From NCBI GenBank assembly GCA_902801365.1, contig CADCHY010000001.1, forward strand, positions 16,272 to 80,271: a stretch of 64,000 nucleotides of DNA, written 5' to 3'. A model generated the notes under the pieces. It was not told the origin of the DNA. It saw nothing but the letters and a program-made list of their open reading frames with translations, and ran no database searches. The stretch is from an uncultured Succiniclasticum sp. GTDB lineage: Bacteria; Bacillota; Negativicutes; Acidaminococcales; Acidaminococcaceae. A program made the translations under genes and the position numbers. Positions 30,010 through 38,888 of the stretch are shown in pieces. How positions within the stretch are numbered: position 1 is the first letter of the stretch; every line of letters starts with the position of its first letter.

Positions 30010-30561
30010 TTAAAACTGTACTTTCGGAACTGTCCTGGCTGTTTCCTCTACCTTGAAATAATCCCGCGCCGTAAAGCCTAATGCCCCGGCAAACAGGGAA
30101 TATGGCAGTGATTTTATCTTCGTGTTGTAACTCTGCACCGCGTCATTGTAGTCCTTCCGGGCCACCGCGATACGGTTTTCCGTGCCAGACAGTTCGTCCT
30201 GCAGCTGCCGGAAATTCCGATCCGCTTTCAACTGGGGATAATTCTCCGCTACCGCCAGCAAACGCGACAGCGCACTGTTTATCTCCGTATTGGCCGCCAG
30301 CTTATCGCTCACCGACCTGGCGCCGGCCATTTTTGCCCGGGCATCGGACACAGACTGGAACACTTCTTTCTCGTGAGCCGCATAGCCCTTTACCGTATTT
30401 ACCAGATTGGGAATCAAATCACTGCGACGCTGCAACTGGTTATCTACCTGGGACCACTTGCTGTCCACATTCTCCCGGGCAGAAACCATACCATTGTAAA
30501 AGCCGAACACCGAGCCAACCGCCAGCACAACGACCATCAGAATACTTACCAAAGCGCTCAT
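30010..30561 (-). CDS. lemA: LemA family protein
   Basis: QLQRRSDLIPNLV..YAAHE..AVAENYPQLKA..ENRIAVAR. Confidence 0.95.
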   Translation of the reverse strand: MSALVSILMVVVLAVGSVFGFYNGMVSARENVDSKWSQVDNQLQRRSDLIPNLVNTVKGYAAHEKEVFQSVSDARAKMAGARSVSDKLAANTEINSALSRLLAVAENYPQLKADRNFRQLQDELSGTENRIAVARKDYNDAVQSYNTKIKSLPYSLFAGALGFTARDYFKVEETARTVPKVQF

Positions 30562-30864
30562 GGAAATACCTCCCGTAACACCAAATATATTATTATTTTC
30601 ACATCATACGTACCGTTCATTATAATTCACTACATCTTTTTCCAATTTGATTTTATCACATTTTACATGGTTTTGCAGATAATTTACACATATGGAACAG
30701 CGGCAGATATTGATTAAATAGTATACAGAACCCGGTATTAGTTTTGACTGCGTCCACAACAGGATCAGAACAGGCTCAATAATTGTACGTAATTCCTTTC
30801 AGTTTTTTCAAAAAAACATTTGAATTTAAAGAATAGCCGTTGTACAATGAGGTTGCTTGTTGCA

Positions 30865-31737
30865 ATGATCGAAAAGAAGGTATGCCAGGTGCCCTTTAAA
30901 AAGATTAATTTTGAATATATAATCATTGGTTTTCTATGCATATGTATAGGCCTGTTTTCCTTTGCCCGGTACATGGGCTGGCTACAGAATTCAGGATTGT
31001 TGTCAACGATTGCCAGAACGGTCTACGGGCCGGATATCCGACAGGAAATGGCCCGACTGAAACGCGCAAAAGATATTGCGCCGGGATTACCGGTCGTCAC
31101 CGCTCTTTGCTACCATGAAGTGACGCCAGACCGCGAAAATGATTGTATGAACGTGAAGCCGGAAATTTTTCGCCGGCATATAAGGGAGTTTAAGGAAGCA
31201 GGCTATGTGTTTATCCATGTAGGCGATCTGCAAAACTACGCGTCAGGTTTGGCACCACTTCCCGGGAAGGCATTGCTGATTTCGTTCGATGACGGATATG
31301 CTGACAATTATAATTATGCGTACCCTGTTTTACGGGAAGAACAGGTGCCCGGCACTTTCTTTGTGGTAAGCAGTGCCATTGGGAAAGAAAACCGGATGAC
31401 TGCAGCCCAACTGCGGGAAATGCAGGCAAACGGAATGAAGATAGGCTCCCACACCGTGAATCATGTAAACTTAACCGATATGGGCGCAAACGAAATTGAT
31501 TTTGAACTACGTTCGTCCAAAGAAACGCTCGAAAAAATTTTGGGGAAACCGGTCTGCGCACTGGCCTACCCCGGCGGCAAGGTAAATGACACCGTATCTG
31601 ACAAAGCAAAATCCTGTTATGAAATGGCGTTTGTAGCCACAGTCAGGCCGGAAATAAAGCAGACGATGTACACATTGCAGCGTTATGGTGTGTTCAGTTG
31701 GAACGAACATATCGAATCTATTTTTAAGAACAGGTAA
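30865..31737 (+). CDS. Membrane-anchored polysaccharide deacetylase (CE4/NodB); start uncertain
   Basis: LCYHEV, SFDDGY, GSHTVNH, AYPGG. Confidence 0.88.
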   Translation: MIEKKVCQVPFKKINFEYIIIGFLCICIGLFSFARYMGWLQNSGLLSTIARTVYGPDIRQEMARLKRAKDIAPGLPVVTALCYHEVTPDRENDCMNVKPEIFRRHIREFKEAGYVFIHVGDLQNYASGLAPLPGKALLISFDDGYADNYNYAYPVLREEQVPGTFFVVSSAIGKENRMTAAQLREMQANGMKIGSHTVNHVNLTDMGANEIDFELRSSKETLEKILGKPVCALAYPGGKVNDTVSDKAKSCYEMAFVATVRPEIKQTMYTLQRYGVFSWNEHIESIFKNR

Positions 31738-31767
31738 TATTCAGACATTCTGAACATCCTATAATAC

Positions 31768-31809
31768 AAAACCCCGGAATCACAAAAACATGATTCCGGG
31801 GATTTTTTT
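31768..31809. terminator. Bidirectional terminator between the deacetylase and tRNA-Val
   Basis: CCCCGGAATCA/TGATTCCGGGG flanked by A- and T-runs. Confidence 0.75.
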
Positions 31810-31810
31810 C

Positions 31811-31887
31811 TGGTACTCGGACAGGGGCTCGAACCCTGGACCTCTGCCATGTGAGGGCAGCACTCTAACCAACTGAGCTATCCGAGC
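31811..31887 (-). tRNA. tRNA-Val (anticodon CAC)
   Basis: GCTCGGATAGCTCAGTTGGTTAGAGTG-CTGCC-CTCACAT-GGCAG-AGGTCCAGGGTTCGAGCCCCTGTCCGAGTACCA; 77-nt cloverleaf with encoded CCA. Confidence 0.95.
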
Positions 31888-31964
31888 ATATTTTGTTTAC
31901 AAAAGGTATTATACACCTGTAACGGAAAAAATACCAGCTTTTTTTGCAGAATTTTGGAAAGCCT

Positions 31965-33266
31965 TCAGCTTACCCTGTCCCAGATGACTCCCACTGCAGC
32001 GCCCATCACGGCAACAGTAAACCAGCCAAAGCCTTCATTGTATAAAGGAACCGATGCAAGGATGTTTTCCATGGGAACCGGAATGGCTGCGGCCTTCAGT
32101 CCTTCCGCAATAGCAAACAACGTAACGATCCACATCGTACAGCGGAACACACGCTTGTTACCACCGAAGCCAAACACATTCAACAAGGCCAGAGCAATCA
32201 TGACCGGATACAGGAAGCACAGAACGGGTATCGCCATCTTGATGATCATATCCAGCCCGAAGTTGGAGAGCAGGAAACTGAGAAGTGCCACCAGAAATCC
32301 CATCGTTTTGGGAGACAGCTTTTTGTTGAACAGGATGTGGAAATAATCGGCAATAGAAGCAATGAGACCAATGCTGGTAGTAAGACAGGCCAGAATGATG
32401 ATGGCGGAAAGGACAGTGGTACCGCCTGCACCCAGATATTCATGAGCTGTTGCCACAAGGATGCCTGCGCCGTTGGAAAATTCACCGGACAGATAACGAT
32501 GCGCTTCCGCTCCCGCATAACCCAGGAAGTAATAGATGACGGCCAGCAGGAACGCAGCAATGAGACCCGCGCACAGGCAGGTCCGGATCAGATTTTTTTT
32601 GCCTTCAATCCCCAGTGTCTTAATGGAAGTCAATGTTGCCGCGCCAAACAAAAAGGATGCCAGTAAGTCCATGGTATTATACCCTTCCTGGAATCCTTTC
32701 AGGAAAGGGGTATGCAGATAGGCATCCTGAGGCGGCCCCGGAACGAAAGACGGTGTCAACAGCACTTTCGTGAACAGTACCGCAAGGCACACCAGCAACG
32801 CGGGTGTCAGGATTTTTCCCAGCCAGTTCAGCACTTTGGAGGGATTATTCGCCACATAGAAGCTGAAAGCAAAATATAGGGCGGAATACAGAGCCAGCTG
32901 CCATGCTCCCGTAGTTCCCAGCAGCGGCTTAATACCGATTTCATAACTGAAAGCCGCCGTGCGGGGAATCGCGAACAGCGGCCCGATGGCCATACTGGAC
33001 AAAAACATGATAATCTTTGCGTAAGCAATATTAACAGGTGCCGCTACTTCCGTCAGATCAGTGCCGCCGGTCATGGCGATTGCCAACACACCCAAAATGG
33101 GCAGACCTACACCGGTAATACAGAATCCCAGCGCGGCAACGTTCAGGTTGCTGCCGGACAAATAGCCGAACAATGGAGGGAACAGAAGATTACCTGCACC
33201 AAAGAACGAAGAGAACAAAACCAGACTGACCGGAACCAGTTTACTGAGAGAAAGGGAATTATTCAT
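31965..33266 (-). CDS. brnQ: Branched-chain amino acid:cation symporter
   Basis: FFGAGNLLFPP, GPLFAIPRTA, EGYNTMDLLAS, LACLTTSIGL. Confidence 0.93.
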   Translation of the reverse strand: MNNSLSLSKLVPVSLVLFSSFFGAGNLLFPPLFGYLSGSNLNVAALGFCITGVGLPILGVLAIAMTGGTDLTEVAAPVNIAYAKIIMFLSSMAIGPLFAIPRTAAFSYEIGIKPLLGTTGAWQLALYSALYFAFSFYVANNPSKVLNWLGKILTPALLVCLAVLFTKVLLTPSFVPGPPQDAYLHTPFLKGFQEGYNTMDLLASFLFGAATLTSIKTLGIEGKKNLIRTCLCAGLIAAFLLAVIYYFLGYAGAEAHRYLSGEFSNGAGILVATAHEYLGAGGTTVLSAIIILACLTTSIGLIASIADYFHILFNKKLSPKTMGFLVALLSFLLSNFGLDMIIKMAIPVLCFLYPVMIALALLNVFGFGGNKRVFRCTMWIVTLFAIAEGLKAAAIPVPMENILASVPLYNEGFGWFTVAVMGAAVGVIWDRVS

Positions 33267-33349
33267 AAAATATCACCTGTTATGAAAACGAAAACGCACA
33301 GACCGTGCGTTTTCATAATCATTAGATTCTTAAAACCGAAACACCTGAT

Positions 33350-34570
33350 TTATTTTACAATTAAACGGTAATACTTTTTCTTGCCTTTGCGGATCAGCAC
33401 ACCGCCGTCTTCTGTAAAAAGTTCCGGCGTAAGGGTAAATTCCGCGTCTTCCACTGCTGCGTTGTTCAGATACAGCCCCCGCTGTGCAATCATCTGCCTC
33501 GCTTCCCGTTTGCTGCTGAATACTTTCTGCGCAGTCAGAACATCAACCAGCTTGGCGGTCTTATCCGCTTCCGCAATCTCCAGCGTAGGTACATTTTCCA
33601 TGTCCGCGCCGCCACCGAACAGGGCCTCTGTGGCCTTCACCGCTTTATCGGCTTCCTCCTGACCGTGGATCAGTTTGGTCACTTCGTAAGCCAGCACCTT
33701 CTTCGCTTCATTGATTTTTTCATCTTTGAACGCACCCAGGCGGCGAACCTCGTCCATAGGCAGGAAGGTCAGCAGCGCCAGACATTTTTCCACGTCTGCA
33801 TCGTCAACATTGCGCCAGTACTGGTAGAAATCGTACGGCGAGCATTTTTCCGCGTCAAGCCACAGGGCACCTTTTTCCGTTTTGCCCATCTTACGGCCGT
33901 CACTGGTAGTGAGCAGCTTGCAGGTAATACAGAACGCCGGTTTCTGATCCTTGCGGCGGATCAGTTCCACGCCGGCCAGCATGTTGGACCACTGGTCGTC
34001 ACCGCCCATCTGCATCACACAATTGTAATTCTTATGCAGGGTATAAAAATCGTAAGCCTGCATGATCATATAGTTAAATTCAAAGAAGGTCAGACCCTTG
34101 TCCCACCGTTTCTTATAACATTCCGCCGCCAGCATATGGTTCACAGAAAAATGCGTGCCCACCTCTCTCAGCAGGTTCACATAATTCAGGCTCAGCAGCC
34201 AGTCGCCGTTATTTACCATCAGCGCTTTGCCATCGGAAAAATCAATGAACTTGCTCATCTGCTTTTTGAAGCATTCAATGTTGTGGTTGATAAATTCCGG
34301 CGTCAGCATCTTGCGCATATCGTCCTTGCCGCTGGGATCGCCGATCATTCCGGTGCCGCCGCCCAGCAAAGCAATGGGGCGGTGCCCTGCCCGCTGCATA
34401 TGGGCCATAGCCATCAGAGCAATAAAGTGACCGACATGCAGACTGTCCGCCGTCGGGTCAAATCCAATATAAAACGTAATCTTTTCCTTCTCCAGCATTT
34501 CCCGAATTTCATCCTCATGGGAAACCTGTGCGATAAAACCACGTTCCTGCAACACATCAAAAACAGACAT
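33350..34570 (-). CDS. tyrS: Tyrosine--tRNA ligase
   Basis: [29 protein letters not shown]4-like C-terminus. Confidence 0.97.
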   Translation of the reverse strand: MSVFDVLQERGFIAQVSHEDEIREMLEKEKITFYIGFDPTADSLHVGHFIALMAMAHMQRAGHRPIALLGGGTGMIGDPSGKDDMRKMLTPEFINHNIECFKKQMSKFIDFSDGKALMVNNGDWLLSLNYVNLLREVGTHFSVNHMLAAECYKKRWDKGLTFFEFNYMIMQAYDFYTLHKNYNCVMQMGGDDQWSNMLAGVELIRRKDQKPAFCITCKLLTTSDGRKMGKTEKGALWLDAEKCSPYDFYQYWRNVDDADVEKCLALLTFLPMDEVRRLGAFKDEKINEAKKVLAYEVTKLIHGQEEADKAVKATEALFGGGADMENVPTLEIAEADKTAKLVDVLTAQKVFSSKREARQMIAQRGLYLNNAAVEDAEFTLTPELFTEDGGVLIRKGKKKYYRLIVK

Positions 34571-34815
34571 CGGTTTAAAACCCTCCTGTAATTTTAAATA
34601 AGTAAGTATGTATTATTCTAACCCATTTCTTATCTTATTACAAGACTGTTGTGTGCTAAAACTCCCTTTTTATAGAACTATTTTATTTTTGGTTCCTTGA
34701 CGTACCTATCACAATTACTTATAATATTGATGTATCAGAATACACCCTGCCCAGGCAGAGAAAATATTTGGATAATATTATTAAAAGTATTTCTTACAAA
34801 CAGGAGGATAATAGA

Positions 34816-35151
34816 ATGAGACCTGATTTAGTCGTACCGGGCGAGAACGAGGAGAACTTTGTCGCAGCCCACGATACCCGTGTTGTAACCGTACCCTTTT
34901 CCCCGATTGAAAAACGTTTTGCCAAGGAAAAGCCTCAGCTGATGCCCGGTTTGAAAATGTTGCGGGAAGAACTGGGCGACGCCGAATTTGACAGGCTTAT
35001 CAACCGCATCCATAACATTAATGTATCCGGCGAACGCTGCCTGATCGTAGCAGAAAGCGAACTGCACCGCACCTTTATCCTGCGGGACGCTATTCCTGCC
35101 ATCTCCAAAGCATTTAATGTAAGTAACATCCGTGTGGTGACGCAAGGATAA
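34816..35151 (+). CDS. Hypothetical protein (111 aa)
   Basis: RBS CAGGAGG before ATG 34816; lies divergent from tyrS and upstream of the tRNA-Pro promoter. Confidence 0.7.
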   Translation: MRPDLVVPGENEENFVAAHDTRVVTVPFSPIEKRFAKEKPQLMPGLKMLREELGDAEFDRLINRIHNINVSGERCLIVAESELHRTFILRDAIPAISKAFNVSNIRVVTQG

Positions 35152-35167
35152 GTTTTTTATTTTGCTG

Positions 35168-35196
35168 TTGACAAATTGAAATGAATTTACTATAAT
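35168..35196 (+). promoter_or_regulatory. Perfect sigma-A/70 promoter of tRNA-Pro
   Basis: TTGACA-17 bp-TATAAT ending 12 nt before the tRNA. Confidence 0.9.
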
Positions 35197-35207
35197 AAGT
35201 ATGTTGT

Positions 35208-35284
35208 CGGGGCGTGGCGCAGTTTGGTAGCGCGCTTGTTTCGGGTACAAGAGGCCGTGAGTTCGAATCTCGCCGCCCCGACCA
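35208..35284 (+). tRNA. tRNA-Pro (anticodon CGG)
   Basis: CGGGGCGTGGCGCAGTTTGGTAGCGCG-CTTGT-TTCGGGT-ACAAG-AGGCCGTGAGTTCGAATCTCGCCGCCCCGACCA. Confidence 0.96.
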
Positions 35285-35368
35285 AAATTAAACATTCAGG
35301 AACCGCATGGTTATGCGGTTCCTTTTATTTTATCCGGAAGCTAATATTTTAGTTTGCGAAAGTGAAAA

Positions 35369-36280
35369 TGACCTGCCCCCGTTTTATGTACCACGGGGAA
35401 ATTTAGTATAGCTGCAATAATCAAAATGTTTGCGCATATTCTGCCGGTGTTTTTTGACCCAGTGCACTATGCGGGCGAACCATATTGTACTCGTCTTTCC
35501 ATCGGCTGATTATCTCCCGCGCCTCCTGGAGATTATGGAACCAGTTCAGGTTAAGACATTCATCCCGGAGCTTCCCATTGAAGCTTTCAATGAAACCGTT
35601 CTGCATGGGTTTCCCGGGATCGATAAACACATGCTCTATATGCTTCTCATAGGCCCATGCATTGAGAGCATTACTGGTAAATTCAGGACCGTTGTCAGAA
35701 AGAATTTCTTTCGGCCGGCCGCGGAACAGCATAGCTTTATTCAGGTATCTTGTTACATGTTGCCCGGTAATGGATGAATCCACTTCCAGGGCAATACACT
35801 CTCTCGTAACTTCATCGATCAGGGCGAATATGCGGAACCTTCTGCCAGTAACGGTAATATCACTGACAAAGTCCATGGACCAGCGGTCATTAGGACCCAG
35901 AAGATGGCTTCTGTCCGGCGTTCCGCGTTTTGCAGAGATTTTCCGCTTCAGCTTGCGCTTGAGTGCAAGGCCCGCCTTTTTGTAGAGGCGGTAGACATTT
36001 TTGTGATTAATATGGACGCCTTCTCTTTGCAGCATCATATGGATACGGCGGTATCCAAACCGTTTCCAGTGAGATGCGATCGCTTGCATGGACTCCGTGA
36101 TCTTTTCCTCGTCGGAATTGTCCTTGGGCTCGTAACGCTTCGTGCTGCGAGATATTCCTATCAGCCTGCAAGCTCTGCGTTCGCTGATGTGAAAGTCCTT
36201 TTGGATTCTTTCACATGTTGCACGTTTCGCTGCAGGCGTTACGAGTTTTTTGAGATAACGTCCTTTAGGATCTTGTTATC
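35369..36280 (-). mobile_element. 5'-truncated IS3-family (IS407-group-like) element
   Basis: TGACCTGCCCCC terminus at 35369. OrfB has an rve core (WSMDF, SDNGPEF, GKPMQNGFIESFNG). Only the tail of OrfA (DNKILKDVISKNS*) with an AAAAAAC shift site survives. Confidence 0.85.
35421..36245 (-). pseudogene. IS3 transposase OrfB, lacking its OrfA partner
   Basis: The -1 frame reads KLVTPAAKRATCERIQKDFHISERRACRLIGISRS and continues into the track ORF 35421..36089. Confidence 0.8.
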
Positions 36281-36409
36281 GTATTTTAGCCGGGGATAAT
36301 TCAAAGCAGTTAATGACTATTATTTTTATTCTTTCGTTATAGGTGGAAAAGCTCTTTCTCTTTTGCAACTTTTTTGGTATAATATAGAAAAACTTGTGAG
36401 GTGATACCT

Positions 36410-37606
36410 GTGAACCTGCGTCCAGACTACATCAACGCTATTGCTCCTTTTATGGATAAACGCCTCGTCAAAATATTGGCAGGCGTGCGCCGGTGCGGGA
36501 AAACAACCATTCTCTCCATGATCGAACGGGAACTGAAAAACAGAAACATCGCCCCGGACCATATCATTTCACGCAATTACAGCAATATCGCGTATGACGA
36601 CTACACCGCTAAAAAGATGTATTCAGACCTAAAGGTCGCCATGAACGGCAAAGGGCGTTATTATCTGTTGCTTGATGAGCTTCAGGAAGTCGAAGGCTGG
36701 GAAAAGGTTGTCAATACCTTGCTGGAAAACGAAAATGTCGATATCTATGTCACCGGTTCCAATTCCAAATTGATGTCCAGCGAAATTTCAACATACCTTA
36801 CAGGCCGATATGTCTCTATCCCCGTATTCACCTTGTCTTTCAAAGAATATTTACAATTCAAAGGCAAGAACGAAGATGAGGCAAAAACGCTGTTCGATGA
36901 TTACTTGTTATATGGAGGCTTCCCTATTGTCGCCATCAGCAACTTTGATACGGCTGCCGCCTACCAGGTAGTTGACGGAATTTATGCGACCGTCATTACG
37001 AGAGATATTTCAAAACGTCATAAACTACGTAATAAAGATCTGTTTGACCGGGTCGTAAAATACATCGTGGAAAATGTCGGCAAGACTTTTTCCGCCAATT
37101 CCATACGGAACTTCCTTAAAAGTGAACACCGTTCCGTTTCTATCGAATCTGTTTACAATTATATCAAATGGCTATCAGAGGCATTTATCATCTATCCCTG
37201 TCAGCGCTACGATCTACAGGGAAAATCCGTGCTGAAAACTCAGGAAAAGTATTATCTGTCCGATATCTCTCTAAAGTACAGCCAGATGGGCTTTAATCGC
37301 AAGATGGTCTCTTCCCTTCTTGAAAACATCGTGTATCTGGAACTGCGCCGCCGGGGATACGACGTCTACATAGGAAAGCAAGCAGCCAAAGAAATTGACT
37401 TCGTTGCCATACGAAGGAACGAGCGTATATACATCCAGGTCTGCGACCAGTTTCCTGAAGACTCCTCCCGCGAAACGGACAACCTGATAAATATCAAAGA
37501 TCATTATCATAAATACGTTGTCTGCCGGGATCCGCTGGCCCTCGGTAATGACAATGGCATCAACATCGTCCATATCGCCGACTTCCTGTTGACAGACAAC
37601 TGGTAA
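36410..37606 (+). CDS. AAA+ ATP-binding protein with winged-helix and C-terminal restriction-endonuclease-like domain (AAA_14/DUF4143 type)
   Basis: GVRRCGKT, LLDELQ, VTGSNS, YGGFP, KYYLSD, ENIVYLEL, EIDFV..IQV; RBS GAGGTG with GTG start. Confidence 0.88.
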   Translation: MNLRPDYINAIAPFMDKRLVKILAGVRRCGKTTILSMIERELKNRNIAPDHIISRNYSNIAYDDYTAKKMYSDLKVAMNGKGRYYLLLDELQEVEGWEKVVNTLLENENVDIYVTGSNSKLMSSEISTYLTGRYVSIPVFTLSFKEYLQFKGKNEDEAKTLFDDYLLYGGFPIVAISNFDTAAAYQVVDGIYATVITRDISKRHKLRNKDLFDRVVKYIVENVGKTFSANSIRNFLKSEHRSVSIESVYNYIKWLSEAFIIYPCQRYDLQGKSVLKTQEKYYLSDISLKYSQMGFNRKMVSSLLENIVYLELRRRGYDVYIGKQAAKEIDFVAIRRNERIYIQVCDQFPEDSSRETDNLINIKDHYHKYVVCRDPLALGNDNGINIVHIADFLLTDNW

Positions 37607-37760
37607 AATAACGAATGAAAAAGTATATTTTGCCTCCTGACAACCTTCTACGTTTTGCCCCGCTTTTTTTACCAACAATTTTCACTTTTCACCCGTTTGG
37701 CTTTCATTAAAAATAAAATCAGCTAATTGCCTGTATAAAGGACGCAAAAATCAGGCATGG

Positions 37761-37805
37761 TTCGGGTACAAGAGGCCGTGAGTTCGAATCTCGCCGCCCC
37801 GACCA
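37761..37805 (+). repeat. attR-like copy of the tRNA-Pro 3' half
   Basis: TTCGGGTACAAGAGGCCGTGAGTTCGAATCTCGCCGCCCCGACCA, identical to 35240-35284. Confidence 0.95.
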
Positions 37806-37815
37806 GGTTAAAAAC

Positions 37816-37853
37816 AACCGGAAGTCAGTAGGTATCTGGCTTCCGGTTTTTTT
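37816..37853 (+). terminator. Terminator after the attR copy (probable original tRNA-Pro terminator)
   Basis: AACCGGAAGTCAG/CTGGCTTCCGGTT followed by a T-run. Confidence 0.7.
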
Positions 37854-37875
37854 ATAGCGAAAGGAGGCACCTGTC

Positions 37876-38688
37876 ATGAAAATATACAATCTGAAATGCC
37901 CAAACTGCGGCGCTACGCTGACAACGGACGTAAAGAATAACTACGCAAAATGCCAATACTGCGGCAATGAATTTATGATTTCCAAAGATACGGAATCAGA
38001 TGAAAAGCAATCCGACCGGAATAAGGGGAAAGATGCTGCAGAAAAAGAAACTAACGTGTCTGAGATGTATCCCGTAGAACAAAGAGAAGCTTCCAACCAG
38101 AGAAAACGCAAAACCTCCCGGATTCGCGATTTTATCATAGTTTTCCTTATTGTTACGGCAGGTCTTGCCCTTTCCCTTCTTCTTGACAAAGAAAAGCCGC
38201 AGGACATCGTGCCCAAAACGAATCTACACCATTTCTTTATGGAATTGAGGCTGGACAATACAGCGCAGGACGTGGAAACATTAGCCCAAAAACACAAACT
38301 GCACTTTTTCCGGACAGAAAAAGCGGTCAACTCTGATACAGCAAACGTAATTTATTATAAAGTTGCCAAAACCAACGAAACCGCGCTGGACAAACAGGGT
38401 GATCACGCTGAAACGGTTGAAATCGAATTTGACATGACAAAAAATAATACGTTTAAACTAGCAGTCTACACGGATCCGGAACACATCACCGCGCACGTCC
38501 TTCTCTTCAAATATGGCACCTATTACAGCCTTTCCGCAGATAATACTGACTTAAAAGAATATGCGGGTTACTATTACTACAATAATTCTTTACGCAGTGG
38601 CGCAGGCGAACAGAAATCTCATCCGCCTTACCTGAAATGCGCAGACGCAGTGGAAGCGCTGAAAAAAGTTTATACTTACAAGAAGTAA
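37876..38688 (+). CDS. Zinc-ribbon membrane protein
   Basis: CPNCGA..CQYCG N-terminus, charged linker, one TM helix, extracytoplasmic domain; RBS AAGGAGG. Confidence 0.8.
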   Translation: MKIYNLKCPNCGATLTTDVKNNYAKCQYCGNEFMISKDTESDEKQSDRNKGKDAAEKETNVSEMYPVEQREASNQRKRKTSRIRDFIIVFLIVTAGLALSLLLDKEKPQDIVPKTNLHHFFMELRLDNTAQDVETLAQKHKLHFFRTEKAVNSDTANVIYYKVAKTNETALDKQGDHAETVEIEFDMTKNNTFKLAVYTDPEHITAHVLLFKYGTYYSLSADNTDLKEYAGYYYYNNSLRSGAGEQKSHPPYLKCADAVEALKKVYTYKK

Positions 38689-38757
38689 CTGAACACTGTA
38701 ACATTGCAACTACCATAATTGTAATCTGAAGCAAGATAATACTTAATACACAAAAAT

Positions 38758-38795
38758 AAAACAGCCAGCCGCATCAAATCGGCTGGCTGTTTTTT
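38758..38795. terminator. Bidirectional terminator
   Basis: AAAACAGCCAGCCG/CGGCTGGCTGTTTT between convergent genes. Confidence 0.75.
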
Positions 38796-38888
38796 GTCCG
38801 GAATTCCGCTTCACAAAGAACTATTCCTCTTGTTTGCAAGTTAGTACAGCTTCGCAATATGTTGCAGTAACAACGTGTAACTCTTATT

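Larger units (their letters stand above)
35240..37805. mobile_element. Decayed integrative element (genomic islet) at tRNA-Pro
   Basis: 45-bp direct repeat of the tRNA 3' half at 35240-35284 and 37761-37805, enclosing an IS fragment and one ATPase gene; no integrase. Confidence 0.85.

Noticed and set aside
34828-35295. Minus-strand 155-aa ORF
   Set aside because: Overlaps tRNA-Pro and the plus-strand gene; its N-terminus is the typical antisense-tRNA translation.
36180-36240. Suspected inactivating frameshift at the start of IS3 OrfB
   Set aside because: Re-reading the bases shows the -1 frame is continuous (KRATCERIQKDF); the defect is the missing OrfA, not a frameshift.
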